Positions 63,748 to 64,000 of a stretch of DNA of 64,000 nucleotides are shown here, piece after piece; position 1 is the stretch's first letter, and the number at the start of each line of letters is the position of its first letter. Made by a program: the position numbers and the translations under genes. Below the pieces are notes generated by a model. The model did not search any database. It was given only the letters and a program-made list of their open reading frames with translations, and was not told the origin of the DNA. The stretch is from assembly GCA_000004985.1 (NCBI GenBank), contig GG738878.1, one strand, 5' to 3'. Source of the stretch: Naegleria gruberi (lineage: Eukaryota).

Positions 63748-64000
63748 AAGAAAAAAATGTCTTCACTACAATCCTCTCCGTCTCTCAGACAGGTTAGATT
63801 TGATGAGAATGTGATGATTGAGAGTTTTAATAGTACTGTTGCATATGCTTCTTCTACAACTTCCGATTCTCCTAAAGGCTTTAGAAAATCATCAATTTAT
63901 TTAACTTTAATATTTGCGAGCATGTTTATAATTTTCGATTTAATGTTACCACTGTATAATAAGAGTTTATTTGCAGGATTTGGATCGCGAGGAGGATTTC
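63748..64000 (+). CDS. 5' end of a gene truncated by the window edge. It encodes a hypothetical protein with a TM segment.
   Basis: ATG at 63748 opens a frame that continues to the window end (MSSLQSSPSLRQVRFDENVMIESFNSTVAYASSTTSDSPKGFRKSSIYLTLIFASMFIIFDLMLPLYNK..). Confidence 0.25.

Noticed and set aside
1-64000. Prokaryote-style features: operons, CRISPR arrays, RBS-led gene clusters, integrons or phage modules.
   Set aside because: Spliceosomal introns, the eukaryotic protein families (eIF3d, VPS13, UBC9, AIP1, cyclin, SET) and the codon and low-complexity style show this is eukaryotic nuclear DNA. No direct-repeat/spacer arrays or bacterial-type gene clusters were seen.

Overview
This is an AT-rich (roughly 30-35% GC) eukaryotic nuclear window with tightly packed genes on both strands. 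No prokaryotic operons, CRISPR arrays or intact transposons were seen. I worked only from the six-frame ORF track and by reading the sequence.

Gene structure and protein composition look like a social amoeba (dictyostelid-like amoebozoan). Introns are very short (about 42-225 nt) with GTAAGT/GTATGT donors and AG acceptors. Proteins carry poly-N/Q/S/T runs. Codon choice prefers caa, aat, aga, cca and ggt.

About 30 protein-coding genes can be supported from motifs. Those with recognisable products are:
- RanBPM-like SPRY/LisH/CTLH protein
- RGS-like protein
- USP deubiquitinase
- DHHC palmitoyltransferase
- KANSL2/INO80D-like Cys-rich protein
- mannose-6-phosphate isomerase
- a divergent TCP-1/MKKS-like chaperonin
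- arrestin-domain protein
- dihydropyrimidinase
- AIP1/WDR1
- cytochrome P450
- TPR protein with an apparent 1-nt frameshift
- cyclin
- eIF3d
- PPR protein
- a 3176-aa intronless VPS13
- Sec14/CRAL-TRIO protein
- hybrid histidine kinase
- membrane-anchored SDR
- SET-domain methyltransferase
- sarcosine/pipecolate oxidase
- a MOB4/phocein-like gene that the ORF track missed
- a CHASE-type sensor adenylyl cyclase (ACG-like)
- a 2OG-Fe(II) oxygenase-domain protein
- SPO11/TopoVI-A
- UBC9

There is also one tRNA-Asn(GUU).

The most notable observations are:
1. An apparently intact SPO11/TopoVI-A gene in a dictyostelid-like genome. This lineage is reported to lack SPO11.
2. A degraded 64-bp copy of that gene's 3' end, located 17 kb away in an intergenic region.
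3. A 76-aa stand-alone ubiquitin/NEDD8-like protein ending exactly in Gly-Gly, 0.9 kb from the UBC9 gene.
4. A chaperonin-fold gene lacking the canonical CCT ATPase signature.
5. A perfectly periodic TPR gene broken by a single-nucleotide frameshift.
6. A large hypothetical protein whose two ORFs are separated by only 16 nt.
7. Very tight gene packing: a 52-bp divergent promoter, a 6-bp convergent gap and 4-nt overlapping stop codons.
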